Source: Bacteroidota bacterium (lineage in GTDB: Bacteria; Bacteroidota; Bacteroidia; Bacteroidales; GCA-2748055). From it: 64,000 nt of DNA. Below, piece by piece: positions 28,292 through 38,612 of this stretch. A model generated the notes under the pieces. The model was not told the origin of the DNA and ran no database searches. It worked only from the letters and a program-made list of their open reading frames with translations. The DNA lies in contig JBMOLL010000072.1 of assembly GCA_049325415.1 (NCBI GenBank), positions 4,689 to 68,688 of the forward strand, read 5' to 3'. Position 1 is the first letter of the stretch, and every line of letters starts with the position of its first letter. The position numbers and the translations under genes are program-made.

Positions 28292-30475
28292 ATGGAAGTA
28301 ACTGATAAAATCCTGCATGATTTCCTGAAACAGTATTTCGGTTTTGACAATTTTAAGGGAAACCAGGAAATCATCATTAAGAACCTGCTCAGGGGAAAGG
28401 ACTCTTTTGTTCTTATGCCCACAGGAGGGGGAAAATCCCTTTGTTACCAGTTGCCGGCGCTGATGATGCAGGGAACCGCCATCGTTATCTCTCCCCTGAT
28501 CGCACTGATGAAGAACCAGGTGGATGCCATGAGAAGCTTCAGTACGGACAATGGTGTAGCCCATTTCCTGAATTCCTCCCTGACGAAAAATGCCATCGCC
28601 AAGGTGAAAGAGGATGTACTGAACAAGCGGACAAAATTGCTGTATGTAGCTCCCGAATCGCTTACCAAGGAGGAGAACATTGAATTCCTGAAGAAAGTCA
28701 GCATCTCTTTTTATGCTATTGATGAAGCGCACTGTATTTCGGAATGGGGTCATGATTTCAGGCCTGAATACCGGCGTATCAGGCCCATCATCAACAAAAT
28801 AGGCACTGCTCCGATCATCGCACTTACGGCCACGGCCACTCCGAAAGTACAGCATGATATCCAGAAGAACCTGGAAATGCTGGATGCGCAGGTCTTCAAA
28901 TCATCCTTCCGCCGGCACAACCTTTACTATGAGATCCGCCCCAAGGTGCATGCCACCAAGGAGATCATCAAGTTCATCCTGGCTAACCCCGGCAAATCAG
29001 GAATCATTTACTGCCTGAGCCGTAAAAAAGTAGAAGAACTTGCCGAAACCCTCAAAGTCAACAACATCAAGGCCCTGCCTTATCATGCCGGTATGGATTC
29101 CGCAACCCGTGGTACAAACCAGGATAAGTTCCTGATGGAAGAGGCCGATGTGATCGTGGCCACAATTGCCTTCGGGATGGGAATTGATAAACCGGATGTC
29201 CGCTTCGTCATTCATTATGATATTCCGAAGAGCCTTGAAGGTTATTACCAGGAGACCGGCAGAGCCGGACGCGATGGAGGGGAAGGGCGCTGCATCGCCT
29301 TTTACAGTTATAAGGATATCCAGAAGCTGGAAAAATTCATGCAGGGGAAACCGGTGGCCGAGCAGGAGATCGGACGTCAGCTTCTCCTGGAAACGGTTGC
29401 CTATGCTGAATCTGCCGTATGCCGACCAGTCGTGCTGCTGAATTACTTCGGGGAGGTGATGGAGGAGAACTGCAACAATTGTGATAACTGCCTGCATCCA
29501 AAAGAAAGATTTGAGGGAAAGGAGTATGTGGTCACCGCCTTAAAAACTATCCTGGCCGTTTCGGAGAAATTCAAAGCCGAACATATTGCCAATATCATTG
29601 CCGGCAAGGCCGTATCAGCCATAAAAACCTACAAGCATCACCATCTGGAGATTTTTGGTTCAGGAAAGGATAAAGATGTCAGATTCTGGAACGCCGTACT
29701 GAGACAGGCCCTGATCGCCCGCCTGATTTTTAAGGATATTGAAAACTATGGATTGCTGAAGATCAGTGAATCCGGTCATGAGTTTCTTAAAAAGCCTTAC
29801 TCACTTATGCTGACCCAGGATCATGATTATGAATCGGAAACCGAAGGGGAAGGAATGCAGGGTGGCGGCGGCACCGGCGCAGTCGACGAGGAACTGCTTC
29901 ATATCCTGAAAGACCTGCGGAAGAAGATTGCCAAAAAAATGAACCTCCCTCCGTTCGTTTTGTTTCAGGATCCCTCCCTGGAGGATATGGCCATTCAGTA
30001 CCCTGTCACCATCGAAGAACTGCAGAACATTGTGGGGGTCGGGGTAGGTAAAGCCAATAAGTTCGGAAAGGAGTTTGTGGAGATCATCAAACAGTATGTC
30101 GATGATAAGGAGATTATCCGGCCGCTGGACATGGTGGTGAAATCAGTGGTGAATAAGTCGGGCGTGAAGGTCTACATCATACAGAGCATCGACAGGAAAA
30201 TCCCGCTCGATGATATTGCCGATGCCAAGAACCTCGATCTGCTTGAACTCATCTCGGAAATAGAAGCCATTGTCAATTCCGGAACAAAACTGAATATCGA
30301 TTATTATCTCAATGAAGTCATGGATGACGACCACCTGGACGAAATCTATGAGTATTTCAGGGAAGCGGAGACCGAATCGGTGGATGAGGCCCTGAAGGAA
30401 CTCGGTGAAGAAGAATTCAGCGAAGAAGAAGTAAGGCTCGTCCGGATCAAATTCCTGTCGGAACTCGGTAACTGA
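28292..30475 (+). CDS. recQ: ATP-dependent DNA helicase RecQ
   Basis: MPTGGGKSLCYQLP, DEAHCISEWGHDFRP, QETGRAGRDG, RQC cysteines, HRDC-like region. Confidence 0.97.
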   Translation: MEVTDKILHDFLKQYFGFDNFKGNQEIIIKNLLRGKDSFVLMPTGGGKSLCYQLPALMMQGTAIVISPLIALMKNQVDAMRSFSTDNGVAHFLNSSLTKNAIAKVKEDVLNKRTKLLYVAPESLTKEENIEFLKKVSISFYAIDEAHCISEWGHDFRPEYRRIRPIINKIGTAPIIALTATATPKVQHDIQKNLEMLDAQVFKSSFRRHNLYYEIRPKVHATKEIIKFILANPGKSGIIYCLSRKKVEELAETLKVNNIKALPYHAGMDSATRGTNQDKFLMEEADVIVATIAFGMGIDKPDVRFVIHYDIPKSLEGYYQETGRAGRDGGEGRCIAFYSYKDIQKLEKFMQGKPVAEQEIGRQLLLETVAYAESAVCRPVVLLNYFGEVMEENCNNCDNCLHPKERFEGKEYVVTALKTILAVSEKFKAEHIANIIAGKAVSAIKTYKHHHLEIFGSGKDKDVRFWNAVLRQALIARLIFKDIENYGLLKISESGHEFLKKPYSLMLTQDHDYESETEGEGMQGGGGTGAVDEELLHILKDLRKKIAKKMNLPPFVLFQDPSLEDMAIQYPVTIEELQNIVGVGVGKANKFGKEFVEIIKQYVDDKEIIRPLDMVVKSVVNKSGVKVYIIQSIDRKIPLDDIADAKNLDLLELISEIEAIVNSGTKLNIDYYLNEVMDDDHLDEIYEYFREAETESVDEALKELGEEEFSEEEVRLVRIKFLSELGN

Positions 30476-30617
30476 GCCCTTCCGCTTTCTTTCTCTGCCC
30501 GGGAACAGATTTCCTTTCCGCTTTCATAGATATTCCCTGCTAAAATCTTGATGTTTTTTATTTTTTGGGTACCTTCAACCTTTCAATCCGGTATGCGCCG
30601 GGATCAACATTTCATCT

Positions 30618-31508
30618 ATGGATTCAGTACTTTCAATTGAAAATCTTTCCAAATCCTATCGGGCCGTGCAGGCCGTCAAGAACCTGAACCTGGAGATTCT
30701 CCGGGGTCAGGCTTTTGGGATACTGGGGCCCAATGGAAGCGGGAAAACCACCACGCTGTCCGTGATCACCGGGATTCTCAGGCAGGATGCCGGATCGTTC
30801 CGCTGGTTCGGACAGGCACCTGTACCCGCCCAGCGAAAAATGATCGGATCGCTGATCGAGACCCCGAATTTTTACCCCTACCTGAACCTGGAGAGAAACC
30901 TGAAAGTTATCTGCGATATCAAGGAGATCTCCTATACGGAAATCGACCGTGTTCTTTCGCTTTCCCGGCTGCTGGAAAGAAAACGCTCCCGCTTCTCGAC
31001 ACTTTCACTGGGCATGAAGCAACGACTGGGCATCGCCGCCGCCCTCCTAGGCGACCCCGAAGTCCTTGTTCTCGACGAACCAACCAACGGACTGGACCCT
31101 GAGGGAATCGCCGAAGTGAGGGAAATGGTCATGGACCAGGTAAGCGCAGGTAAAACCCTGATCCTTGCCTCCCATATCCTCAGCGAGGTAGAAAAGATCT
31201 GCAGCCATGTAGCCATCCTTCGCAAAGGAGTACTCCTCGCTTCAGGCTCTGTGAAGGAACTCCTGACCGAGGAAACCGTGGTGGAAGTGGCCTGCGCGAA
31301 TAACCAGCTTCTGAAAAAGAAACTGGAGAACTCGGATCTGGTCAGTGAAATCACCGAAGAGAACAAGCATCTGGTCGTCATCCTTAAACAGGGTAAGGAT
31401 CAGGCCGACCTGAACCGCTTTGCCTTTGGCGAAGACCTTGTACTCACCCATCTCATCAACAGGAAAAAAAGTCTGGAAGCTCAATTCCTTGAACTGGTTA
31501 AACAATAA
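30618..31508 (+). CDS. ABC-2 type transporter ATP-binding protein
   Basis: GPNGSGKTT, LSLGMKQR, LDEPTNGLD, SHIL. Confidence 0.93.
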   Translation: MDSVLSIENLSKSYRAVQAVKNLNLEILRGQAFGILGPNGSGKTTTLSVITGILRQDAGSFRWFGQAPVPAQRKMIGSLIETPNFYPYLNLERNLKVICDIKEISYTEIDRVLSLSRLLERKRSRFSTLSLGMKQRLGIAAALLGDPEVLVLDEPTNGLDPEGIAEVREMVMDQVSAGKTLILASHILSEVEKICSHVAILRKGVLLASGSVKELLTEETVVEVACANNQLLKKKLENSDLVSEITEENKHLVVILKQGKDQADLNRFAFGEDLVLTHLINRKKSLEAQFLELVKQ

Positions 31509-31511
31509 TCC

Positions 31512-32336
31512 ATGAGAAAATTACTGCACGCAGAACAGATCAAACTGCTTTCCTATACGCCATTCAGGATCCTGATCATCCTGTATTTCGTCTTCTTCAG
31601 CCTCGGCATCCTGATCTATCCGGCCATCGATAAACAGATCCCGATGATCTCCATCACCGACCTGTTCCGCTTCCCCGATATCTGGCCCTTCCTGGCCTGG
31701 ATCACCGAACCGTATAACATCCTGCTTTCGCTGATCATTATTATGATCACCTGCAGCGAGTTCTCCAACCATACCTTTAAGACCTCGGTGATCTTCGGCA
31801 TGAGCCGCAGCGAACTCCTGCTCCAGAAAATGATGGCCGTACTGATCCTTTCAGTGTTCGCCACGCTCCTTGTGGGTATCACCTCATTCTCACTGGGGAT
31901 GATCTACAGCTATAAACTGACGCTGAATCTCATCCTTGAAAACACCTGGGTCATGGCGCTATACTTCCTGGAGGCCTTCAGCTATATGACCATTGCCCTC
32001 TTTTTTGCCTTCCTTATCAGAAATACGGCTCTCACCCTGATCTCCTTCCTTGCCTTCAGGGTGCTGGTTGAACCGGCAATACGCCTGCTCCTGAAAGATT
32101 ATGACGTACGACTGTATTTTCCTTTCAAAACCATTTCAAGACTGAATCCGCTGCCAGACCTGATGGCCATTTTCCAGCAAAAAATGAATTCCGGTCCGGA
32201 TGGTGAGGTACCGCCCGATGCAAACTTTCTGGGCAAAGCTCTGCCACTGTGGGCCGATGTGCTGCTGGTGATCGGATATGTCTCTCTGTTCCTCTTTCTT
32301 TCACACAGGATCATCAACCGAAGGAAACTCAGTTAA
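31512..32336 (+). CDS. ABC-2 type transporter permease
   Basis: About 6 TM segments, EFSNHTFKTSVIFGMSR; directly follows the ATPase. Confidence 0.88.
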   Translation: MRKLLHAEQIKLLSYTPFRILIILYFVFFSLGILIYPAIDKQIPMISITDLFRFPDIWPFLAWITEPYNILLSLIIIMITCSEFSNHTFKTSVIFGMSRSELLLQKMMAVLILSVFATLLVGITSFSLGMIYSYKLTLNLILENTWVMALYFLEAFSYMTIALFFAFLIRNTALTLISFLAFRVLVEPAIRLLLKDYDVRLYFPFKTISRLNPLPDLMAIFQQKMNSGPDGEVPPDANFLGKALPLWADVLLVIGYVSLFLFLSHRIINRRKLS

Positions 32337-33532
32337 ACCGACCGGCTGTCCATGGCATCACGCAGCCCGTTTCCCACAAGGGTAAAGGAGAGAACCATCA
32401 GCATGATGGCCAGCCCGGGTATGATAGCCAGGTAACCCTGCCCCACAATAATATAGCCATAATGATCCTTGATCATACTTCCCCATGAAGGAACAGGAGG
32501 CTGCACACCCATCCCCAGAAAACTGAGACCGGCTTCCATCAGGATGGCCGAAGCAAAATTTGCGGCCGATACGATAACCACCGGCGACAGAACATTGGGC
32601 AGCAAATGATTGAAGATGATCCGCAGCGGAGGAAGCCCCAGGGCCCTGGCCGCTTCTACATACTCTTTCTCCCGCAGCGAAATGACCTGTCCCCTGACGA
32701 TCCTTGCCACCTCAACCCACATGGTCAGACCAACAGCTACAAAGACCTGCCAGTAACCCTTGCCCAGTGCCATCGTAATGGCAATGACCATCAGCAAGGT
32801 TGGGATGGACCAGACTACATTGACCAGCCACATTATGATGCGATCGGTTAGCCCTCCGGCATAACCGGCAATCCCGCCGAGCAGCAGGCCAAGGAATAAG
32901 GAGATCAGTACGGCTATCAGCCCTACACTGAGGCTGATTCTTGTTCCAAGGATCATCCGGCTTAAAAGATCACGTCCGAAACGATCGGTACCCAGCAGAA
33001 AGCGCTTCACGATGATCCTCTCTTCCACCTTCTCCCTCAGCTCGCTGAGGCTTGCCTGTACCCCGCTGCCGTCAATCAGACTGAAACTCAGCGTATCGCC
33101 GTGGACCCGGTAAAGGGAATCGGGTCCGAGGGGATAAAATATATCTGCCAGCCTGATCGTCCGGTAAAAATGATCACCGGGATATTTGCTGTAATCCTCG
33201 AGCACAACAACATCGTTCCTGAAATTCATGGTGCGAAAGGGCACAATGTTGCAGCTGTCCTCAACACCGTTCATGATGGTCTGAAAAAAACCGCGTGAAG
33301 GAATTTCTGCGTTCTTCCTGACCTGGAGGAAACTCACCCTGAAGCCGGGCTTTTCCGCTGCGATCTCCAGGATTTGCCGGTTGGCAGAAGGTGAGTCATC
33401 GGGGCATAAGAGGTAGCCAAGCAGGGCGACGATAACAGCCAGGAGGATGATGAACAGACCGGCCATGGCCGGACGGTTCTTTCTGAACCGCCTCCAGGTA
33501 AGTCGTGCCGGGCTGGTGCTCTTTTCCATCAC
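32333..33532 (-). CDS. Peptide ABC transporter permease (OppC/DppC-like)
   Basis: WRRFRKNR, LLGTDRFGRD, EYVEAARALG (EAA motif), HLLPN, GNGLRDA. Confidence 0.9.
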   Translation of the reverse strand: MMEKSTSPARLTWRRFRKNRPAMAGLFIILLAVIVALLGYLLCPDDSPSANRQILEIAAEKPGFRVSFLQVRKNAEIPSRGFFQTIMNGVEDSCNIVPFRTMNFRNDVVVLEDYSKYPGDHFYRTIRLADIFYPLGPDSLYRVHGDTLSFSLIDGSGVQASLSELREKVEERIIVKRFLLGTDRFGRDLLSRMILGTRISLSVGLIAVLISLFLGLLLGGIAGYAGGLTDRIIMWLVNVVWSIPTLLMVIAITMALGKGYWQVFVAVGLTMWVEVARIVRGQVISLREKEYVEAARALGLPPLRIIFNHLLPNVLSPVVIVSAANFASAILMEAGLSFLGMGVQPPVPSWGSMIKDHYGYIIVGQGYLAIIPGLAIMLMVLSFTLVGNGLRDAMDSRSV

Positions 33533-33541
33533 TGGGTTAAA

Positions 33542-34660
33542 TCAATAGCTTCTTCCCTTCCATTTCACTTTGAAAATAAGGGGGAGCAGCGGTGTAACAA
33601 CAATATAAAAATAATGAAACAATGCTGCCGGAACGAAATATTTCAAAATCTTCTGCTGGTTTGTAAGGTGGCTGTACTTCCTGAGAAAGATGAAATCGGC
33701 AAGGGTCTTGGCCAGGAAAGCTATGACCGGTACCAGGGGGTCTGAATGCCCCGCCAGTACCTGAAACAGGGATAACAGCATCAGTAATGAACTGAAATAC
33801 ACGATGAAAGCCGTGAACAGTGTTGCACCATCGGTGTAATACAGCGTTTTTGAGCTCCATCTCGACCGTTGCATGAAAAATCCGGCCCATCCGCTGTTGG
33901 GAAGAATCCTTACTGATGCCCTGGTGTCGGCAAGAAAGGTCATTTTTCCCCGGTCCTTCTTTAATGCATGAAGCAGAAACATGTCATCACCCGAAGGGGT
34001 ATGTTTCTCCTGCAGTTTATTTCTGGCCCCGAGCCAGGCCTGCCTCGAATAAGCGAGGTTAGCCCCATTGCACATCACCGCGTTTCCGGCACCGAAGGAA
34101 CCCGCACCGCTGGCATTCAGGCTCATGAATTCAAGAGCCTCCAGGTATTCACGAAATCCGGTGAGCGGTGAAACAATGACCGGTGCCGAAATAAGTGCAT
34201 ATTCAGCTTCCGCCCTTTTTTCAAGATGAGCCTGTAAAAACGACGGCCCGATAGCTACATCGGCATCCAGCTGAATGATCCATTCTCCCCTGGCGACGAG
34301 TATCGCCCTTTCCAGGACCTTTTTTTTACCCCGGATCCCTTCCGCCGGAGGCAGGCAGGTGAAATTCTTCCGACCCCTGCAGAAATCTTCTGCCGCGGCA
34401 CCCGATCCGTCCGATGAATGGTCATCGGAGACAATGACCTCCACATTATCCAGACCGGCAACCTGCTCCTGCAGGCTCTCCAGCAATGCCAACAAATGCT
34501 CCTTTTCATTCCTGAAAGGGATAAGCACGGATACTCGACCGGTGTAGGATTTCGTTTTGACTTTTCCGGCAGACAGACGGCCAAGTCCCGCCATAAAAAC
34601 CAGGATCAACAGGAGGTAAAGGAGGACCACTCCGGCAAGACTAATACTGATCAGGTCCAT
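33542..34660 (-). CDS. GT2 family membrane glycosyltransferase
   Basis: VLIPFRNE, DDHSSD, LDAD, GANLAY, SGDD, QRSRW; N- and C-terminal TM segments. Confidence 0.9.
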   Translation of the reverse strand: MDLISISLAGVVLLYLLLILVFMAGLGRLSAGKVKTKSYTGRVSVLIPFRNEKEHLLALLESLQEQVAGLDNVEVIVSDDHSSDGSGAAAEDFCRGRKNFTCLPPAEGIRGKKKVLERAILVARGEWIIQLDADVAIGPSFLQAHLEKRAEAEYALISAPVIVSPLTGFREYLEALEFMSLNASGAGSFGAGNAVMCNGANLAYSRQAWLGARNKLQEKHTPSGDDMFLLHALKKDRGKMTFLADTRASVRILPNSGWAGFFMQRSRWSSKTLYYTDGATLFTAFIVYFSSLLMLLSLFQVLAGHSDPLVPVIAFLAKTLADFIFLRKYSHLTNQQKILKYFVPAALFHYFYIVVTPLLPLIFKVKWKGRSY

Positions 34661-34667
34661 CGGTATA

Positions 34668-35069
34668 TCATTCGGTCCTGATATAGGTATTCAGCATATC
34701 ATAGAGCCGGTCGATGGCAATAGGCTTGGTTATATAGTCGGTGCAACCTGCCTGCATGCAACGGTCCCGGTCTTCTGCAAAAGCATTGGCCGTTGCTGCT
34801 ATTACCGGCAAGTCGGGGCGTTTTTCAAGAATTAACCGGGTTGCGGTTAATCCGTCCATTATCGGTAGCATAATATCCATAACCACCAGATCAATTTCGG
34901 GGTGGTCCAGGCAAAGTTGTACAGCTGTTTCCCCGTTGTCGGCATGAAAAAGGGCAAGTCCACTGCCTTTCAGGATCGCCTGCATCAGCTTGAAAGATAT
35001 ATAATTATCCTCAACGACAAGGATAGTCCTGCCTGCAAGTTTCTCCGAAATGGATTTAATCTCCGTCAT
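34668..35069 (-). CDS. Single-domain response regulator (CheY-like)
   Basis: VVEDN, MDIMLPIMDG, TANA, KP. Confidence 0.9.
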   Translation of the reverse strand: MTEIKSISEKLAGRTILVVEDNYISFKLMQAILKGSGLALFHADNGETAVQLCLDHPEIDLVVMDIMLPIMDGLTATRLILEKRPDLPVIAATANAFAEDRDRCMQAGCTDYITKPIAIDRLYDMLNTYIRTE

Positions 35070-35191
35070 GGTACAACTATTTTCATATCCCTCAGCCGGT
35101 ACATGAGCTCAATGAGCACAATAATTTGCTGGTCAGCAAGATAAATATTTTTTTCAAAATAGTATCATGCGATCCCCCGGCCTTTTCCTTT

Positions 35192-36679
35192 TTAGCCCAA
35201 CAATATGCCCACAATGGTTGCCGAAAGCAGGGAAGCCAGGGTGCCTGCCAGCAGTGCCCTCATGCCATACTGGGCCAGCAGGACCTTTTTACCAGGAGCC
35301 AGGGCTCCGATCCCTCCGATCTGAATACCAATCGAGGCAAAGTTGGCAAAACCGCATAACATATATACGGACATAATGATGGATTTCGGATCGGTAAAAA
35401 CGCCTGCCGCTTTTGCCTCACTGAGTCCGATATAAGCAACAAACTCGGTAAGGATCAGTTTCTTTCCCAGCAGGGAACCCACGAGAGTGATATCCTCCTT
35501 AGCCACTCCGATGAGCCACATCAGGGGTGAGAGCGTATAGCCGAGGATAAACTCCAGGCTCAGTTCATGGTATTTTCCGTGACTGAAATTGCTGATCCAG
35601 TCGTTCAGGTGGGTCAGCGTGCCTACTTTAACAAACAGGTAATTTATAAAGGCAATGAAGGCTACGAATACCAGCAGCATGGCGGCGACATTCACGGCCA
35701 GCTTGAGTCCTTCCGTTGTCCCGTTGGAAATGGCATCAATCGGGTTTTTGCCGATCTTATCCTTCGACACTTCAATCTTCTTATCGATGGCTTCGGTCTG
35801 CGGGACAATGATTTTGGAGATAACCACCACTCCGGGAGCTGCCATTACGGAAGCGGTAAGAAGGTGTTTGGCAAAGATCAGTTGTTGCCCGGGATCTCCT
35901 CCCCCCAGGAAACCGATATAGGCAGCGAGCACTCCTCCTGCCAGTGTGGCCATACCACCCGCCATCACCAGAAGGATCTCCGATTTATTCATTTTTTCAA
36001 GGTAGGCCTTAATCATTAGAGGGGATTCCGTTTGCCCGAGAAAAATGTTTCCGGCAACCGAAAGGCTTTCGGCACCGGAAAGGCCAAGTGCACGGGAGAG
36101 GGCCCAGCCCAGGAATTTGACCACGATCTGGATAATTCCGAAATAGAACAGGACGCTTGTAAGAGCGGAGAAAAAGATAATGGTGGGCAGAATGGTGATG
36201 GCGAAGTTCTGCAGACCCGGCTCAATCTTTCCGGTGACATTGCTTCGGAAAAGGAAACCAACTCCATCCTGGGTAAACTGCAGGATTTTTACGAAGATTT
36301 TTCCGACGAATTCAAAGAAGTGCTGAATAAACGGCACGTAGAGTACCCCGATGGCCAGAATGATCTGTATCGCCAGTCCGATACCCACCACCCTCCAGGA
36401 GATGGCCTTCCGGTCGCTGCTGAAAAGCCATGCGATCAGTATCAACACAAACATCCCGAGCAAACCCCGGATGAATTTTTCAAACGTGAAATGGAATTCT
36501 CCCTTTTCAGGAATGATGTTCTTAATTTGTCCCTCTGCAGGCGCAGTTTCGGTTCCGCTTTCCTGAACGGTTTGTACAACGGTCTGACTCAGTGTATCAG
36601 GAGCCGCCTGGGCCCGAAGCTCCGTTCCGGTGAAAAAAAATAATCCCGCAAAGAGGATTAAAAGCAATTTGTATTTCAT
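35192..36679 (-). CDS. CNT family nucleoside:cation symporter (NupC-like)
   Basis: LPTIIFFSAL, NIFLGQTESP, TLAGGV, LCGFANFASIGIQIGG; N-terminal signal-like extension. Confidence 0.92.
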   Translation of the reverse strand: MKYKLLLILFAGLFFFTGTELRAQAAPDTLSQTVVQTVQESGTETAPAEGQIKNIIPEKGEFHFTFEKFIRGLLGMFVLILIAWLFSSDRKAISWRVVGIGLAIQIILAIGVLYVPFIQHFFEFVGKIFVKILQFTQDGVGFLFRSNVTGKIEPGLQNFAITILPTIIFFSALTSVLFYFGIIQIVVKFLGWALSRALGLSGAESLSVAGNIFLGQTESPLMIKAYLEKMNKSEILLVMAGGMATLAGGVLAAYIGFLGGGDPGQQLIFAKHLLTASVMAAPGVVVISKIIVPQTEAIDKKIEVSKDKIGKNPIDAISNGTTEGLKLAVNVAAMLLVFVAFIAFINYLFVKVGTLTHLNDWISNFSHGKYHELSLEFILGYTLSPLMWLIGVAKEDITLVGSLLGKKLILTEFVAYIGLSEAKAAGVFTDPKSIIMSVYMLCGFANFASIGIQIGGIGALAPGKKVLLAQYGMRALLAGTLASLLSATIVGILLG

Positions 36680-36689
36680 CTGCAAAAAA

Positions 36690-37295
36690 TTACGATCTCT
36701 GTCGCTTTTTTAGTTCATCCCTGATTTCGGAAGCTTTCTCGTAATCTTCATTTTCGATCGCTTCCTTCAGGAGTTCCTGGAGTTCTTCCAGAGTCTGGCC
36801 GGAGTAGTTGCTCTGTCGCACCTTTGTTGCCGGCGCTTCTTCTTCCTCACTATCTTCCTGCTGACCGGAGATGGTTCCTTTTTCAAAATCCAGAACGATG
36901 CCGGCCTTTTCCACAATTTCATCCGTGGTGTAGATCGGACATTTAAACCGGAGGGCCAGAGCGATGGCATCGGAAGTCCGGGCATCGAGCACCAGCTGGC
37001 GGTCACCGTTATCACAGAGGATATTGGCATAGAACACCCCGTCCTCCAGTTTATGAATATTCACCTCAATGATCTTGATGCCATAGGAACCGGCCAGATT
37101 CTTAAGAAGATCATGTGTAAGGGGCCTGGGAGGTTTCAATCCTTCCAGCTCAATTGCAATGGCCTGGGCCTCGAATCCACCGACAATAATAGGGATCCTC
37201 CTGCTACCTTCTTCCTCCGACAATACCAGCGCGTAGGCACCTGATTGGGTCTGGCTGTAGGAAATCCCCAGAACGTTCAGTTTAATTTTCCCCAT
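36690..37295 (-). CDS. Bifunctional nuclease (DUF151) with a C-terminal UVR domain
   Basis: IPIIVGGFEAQAI, PRPLTHDL, DARTSDAIALA, EDYEKASEIRD; TATATTTG box at 37319-37326. Confidence 0.9.
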   Translation of the reverse strand: MGKIKLNVLGISYSQTQSGAYALVLSEEEGSRRIPIIVGGFEAQAIAIELEGLKPPRPLTHDLLKNLAGSYGIKIIEVNIHKLEDGVFYANILCDNGDRQLVLDARTSDAIALALRFKCPIYTTDEIVEKAGIVLDFEKGTISGQQEDSEEEEAPATKVRQSNYSGQTLEELQELLKEAIENEDYEKASEIRDELKKRQRS

Positions 37296-37586
37296 AGAAA
37301 CTTATGCAACTTTACAGGCAAATATAGAAATAATGATTTCATTTTCCGAACAGATTGGGCAAGGGAAAAAACAGAAGACCGGAGAATTCAGGTAAAAGCA
37401 GGCGTCGAAGGCCGGAAACCCCGATCAGCTCAAACTTCCCGTTTCAGGCAGGAGTAAAAATAACTGTCTGACAGACTGGCAATAGAATCGCGGAAGGAAA
37501 AAATTTGAACCCGTTTCGCCAGACAGGAATAGTTTCCCGCAGGAAGCATCATTTAATGACAAAAAATAAAATATTTCCGGTAAATT

Positions 37587-37617
37587 TTTGTCAATCTGTT
37601 ATTCTTTTCTATCTTTG
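37587..37617 (+). promoter_or_regulatory. Full Bacteroidota sigma70-type promoter for rplU-rpmA
   Basis: TTTG (37587-37590), 19-nt spacer, TATCTTTG (37610-37617). Confidence 0.8.
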
Positions 37618-37655
37618 CGAACCCAAAAATGGAATATACTGAAATATAAAGGATA

Positions 37656-38228
37656 ATGTACGCAATCGTTGATATCGCTGGTCAGCAGTTCAAAGTTGAA
37701 AAAGATCAGAAGTTATTCGTCCACAGGCTGGAAGGTGAAGCTGGTTCAAAAGTCACATTCGACAAGGTCCTCCTTATCGACAATGAGAGCAATGTAACCC
37801 TTGGTGATCCTGTCATCAAAGGTGCTGCCGTATCGGCCCAGATCATTGAGCATCTGAAAGGCGACAAGGTTCTTGTTTTCAAGAAAAAAAGAAGAAAAGG
37901 CTATCAGAAACTTAATGGTCACCGTCAGTTTTTTACCAGGGTACTGATTGAGGAGATTATTGAAAAAGGTGCAAAGGTTGCTGAGGAGAAAAAAGCCGCT
38001 CCGGCCTCGAAAGCTGAAAAAGCTGAAGTGAAAGCCGAGGTGAAGGCTGAAGCTGCTGAAAAAGCTGCTGCTCCCAAAAAGGCCGCTGCTCCCAAGGCAG
38101 AAGCTGAAAAGAAACCTGCCGCAGCGAAGAAACCTGCCGCCAAAGCTGCTGCCGGAAGCGAAGCAGCTGCAAAACCCGCAGCAAAAAAACCTGCTGCAAA
38201 GAAAAGTGATGACAAAACCGCTGAATAA
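37656..38228 (+). CDS. rplU: 50S ribosomal protein L21 with an Ala/Lys-rich C-terminal tail
   Basis: [28 protein letters not shown]. Confidence 0.97.
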   Translation: MYAIVDIAGQQFKVEKDQKLFVHRLEGEAGSKVTFDKVLLIDNESNVTLGDPVIKGAAVSAQIIEHLKGDKVLVFKKKRRKGYQKLNGHRQFFTRVLIEEIIEKGAKVAEEKKAAPASKAEKAEVKAEVKAEAAEKAAAPKKAAAPKAEAEKKPAAAKKPAAKAAAGSEAAAKPAAKKPAAKKSDDKTAE

Positions 38229-38266
38229 GCGCTGACAATTTTTGAAACCTGTTAAAGTAAAGAGAT

Positions 38267-38530
38267 ATGGCACATAAGAAAGGAGCTGGTAGTTCAAGGA
38301 ACGGTCGCGAATCCGAAAGCAAGCGCCTGGGCGTTAAACTTTTCGGCGGACAGGATGCCAAAGCCGGTAACATTATCGTTCGGCAAAGAGGCACTGTACA
38401 CAATGCCGGTGAGAATGTGGGAATGGGTAAAGACCATACCCTGTTTGCCCTTAAGGACGGTAAAGTCGTGTTCAGGAAGAAAAAAGACAACAAATCCTAC
38501 GTATCCATAGATCCGGTTAAACAGGATTGA
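38267..38530 (+). CDS. rpmA: 50S ribosomal protein L27
   Basis: [29 protein letters not shown]. Confidence 0.98.
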   Translation: MAHKKGAGSSRNGRESESKRLGVKLFGGQDAKAGNIIVRQRGTVHNAGENVGMGKDHTLFALKDGKVVFRKKKDNKSYVSIDPVKQD

Positions 38531-38558
38531 TTTTTTTCCGGCGAAGTAAATCTTATCT

Positions 38559-38599
38559 CCTGTAATCAACTACCTTTGATGTTGATTACAGGTTTTTTT
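38559..38599 (+). terminator. Intrinsic terminator after rpmA; the loop contains a TACCTTTG box
   Basis: Perfect 12-bp stem CCTGTAATCAAC/GTTGATTACAGG followed by T7. Confidence 0.85.
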
Positions 38600-38612
38600 A
38601 TTCTCAAATTCT

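Noticed and set aside
32333-33532. Isolated oppC-like permease without partner genes
   Set aside because: Scattered peptide-ABC subunits are common in Bacteroidota, so this is not informative alone.
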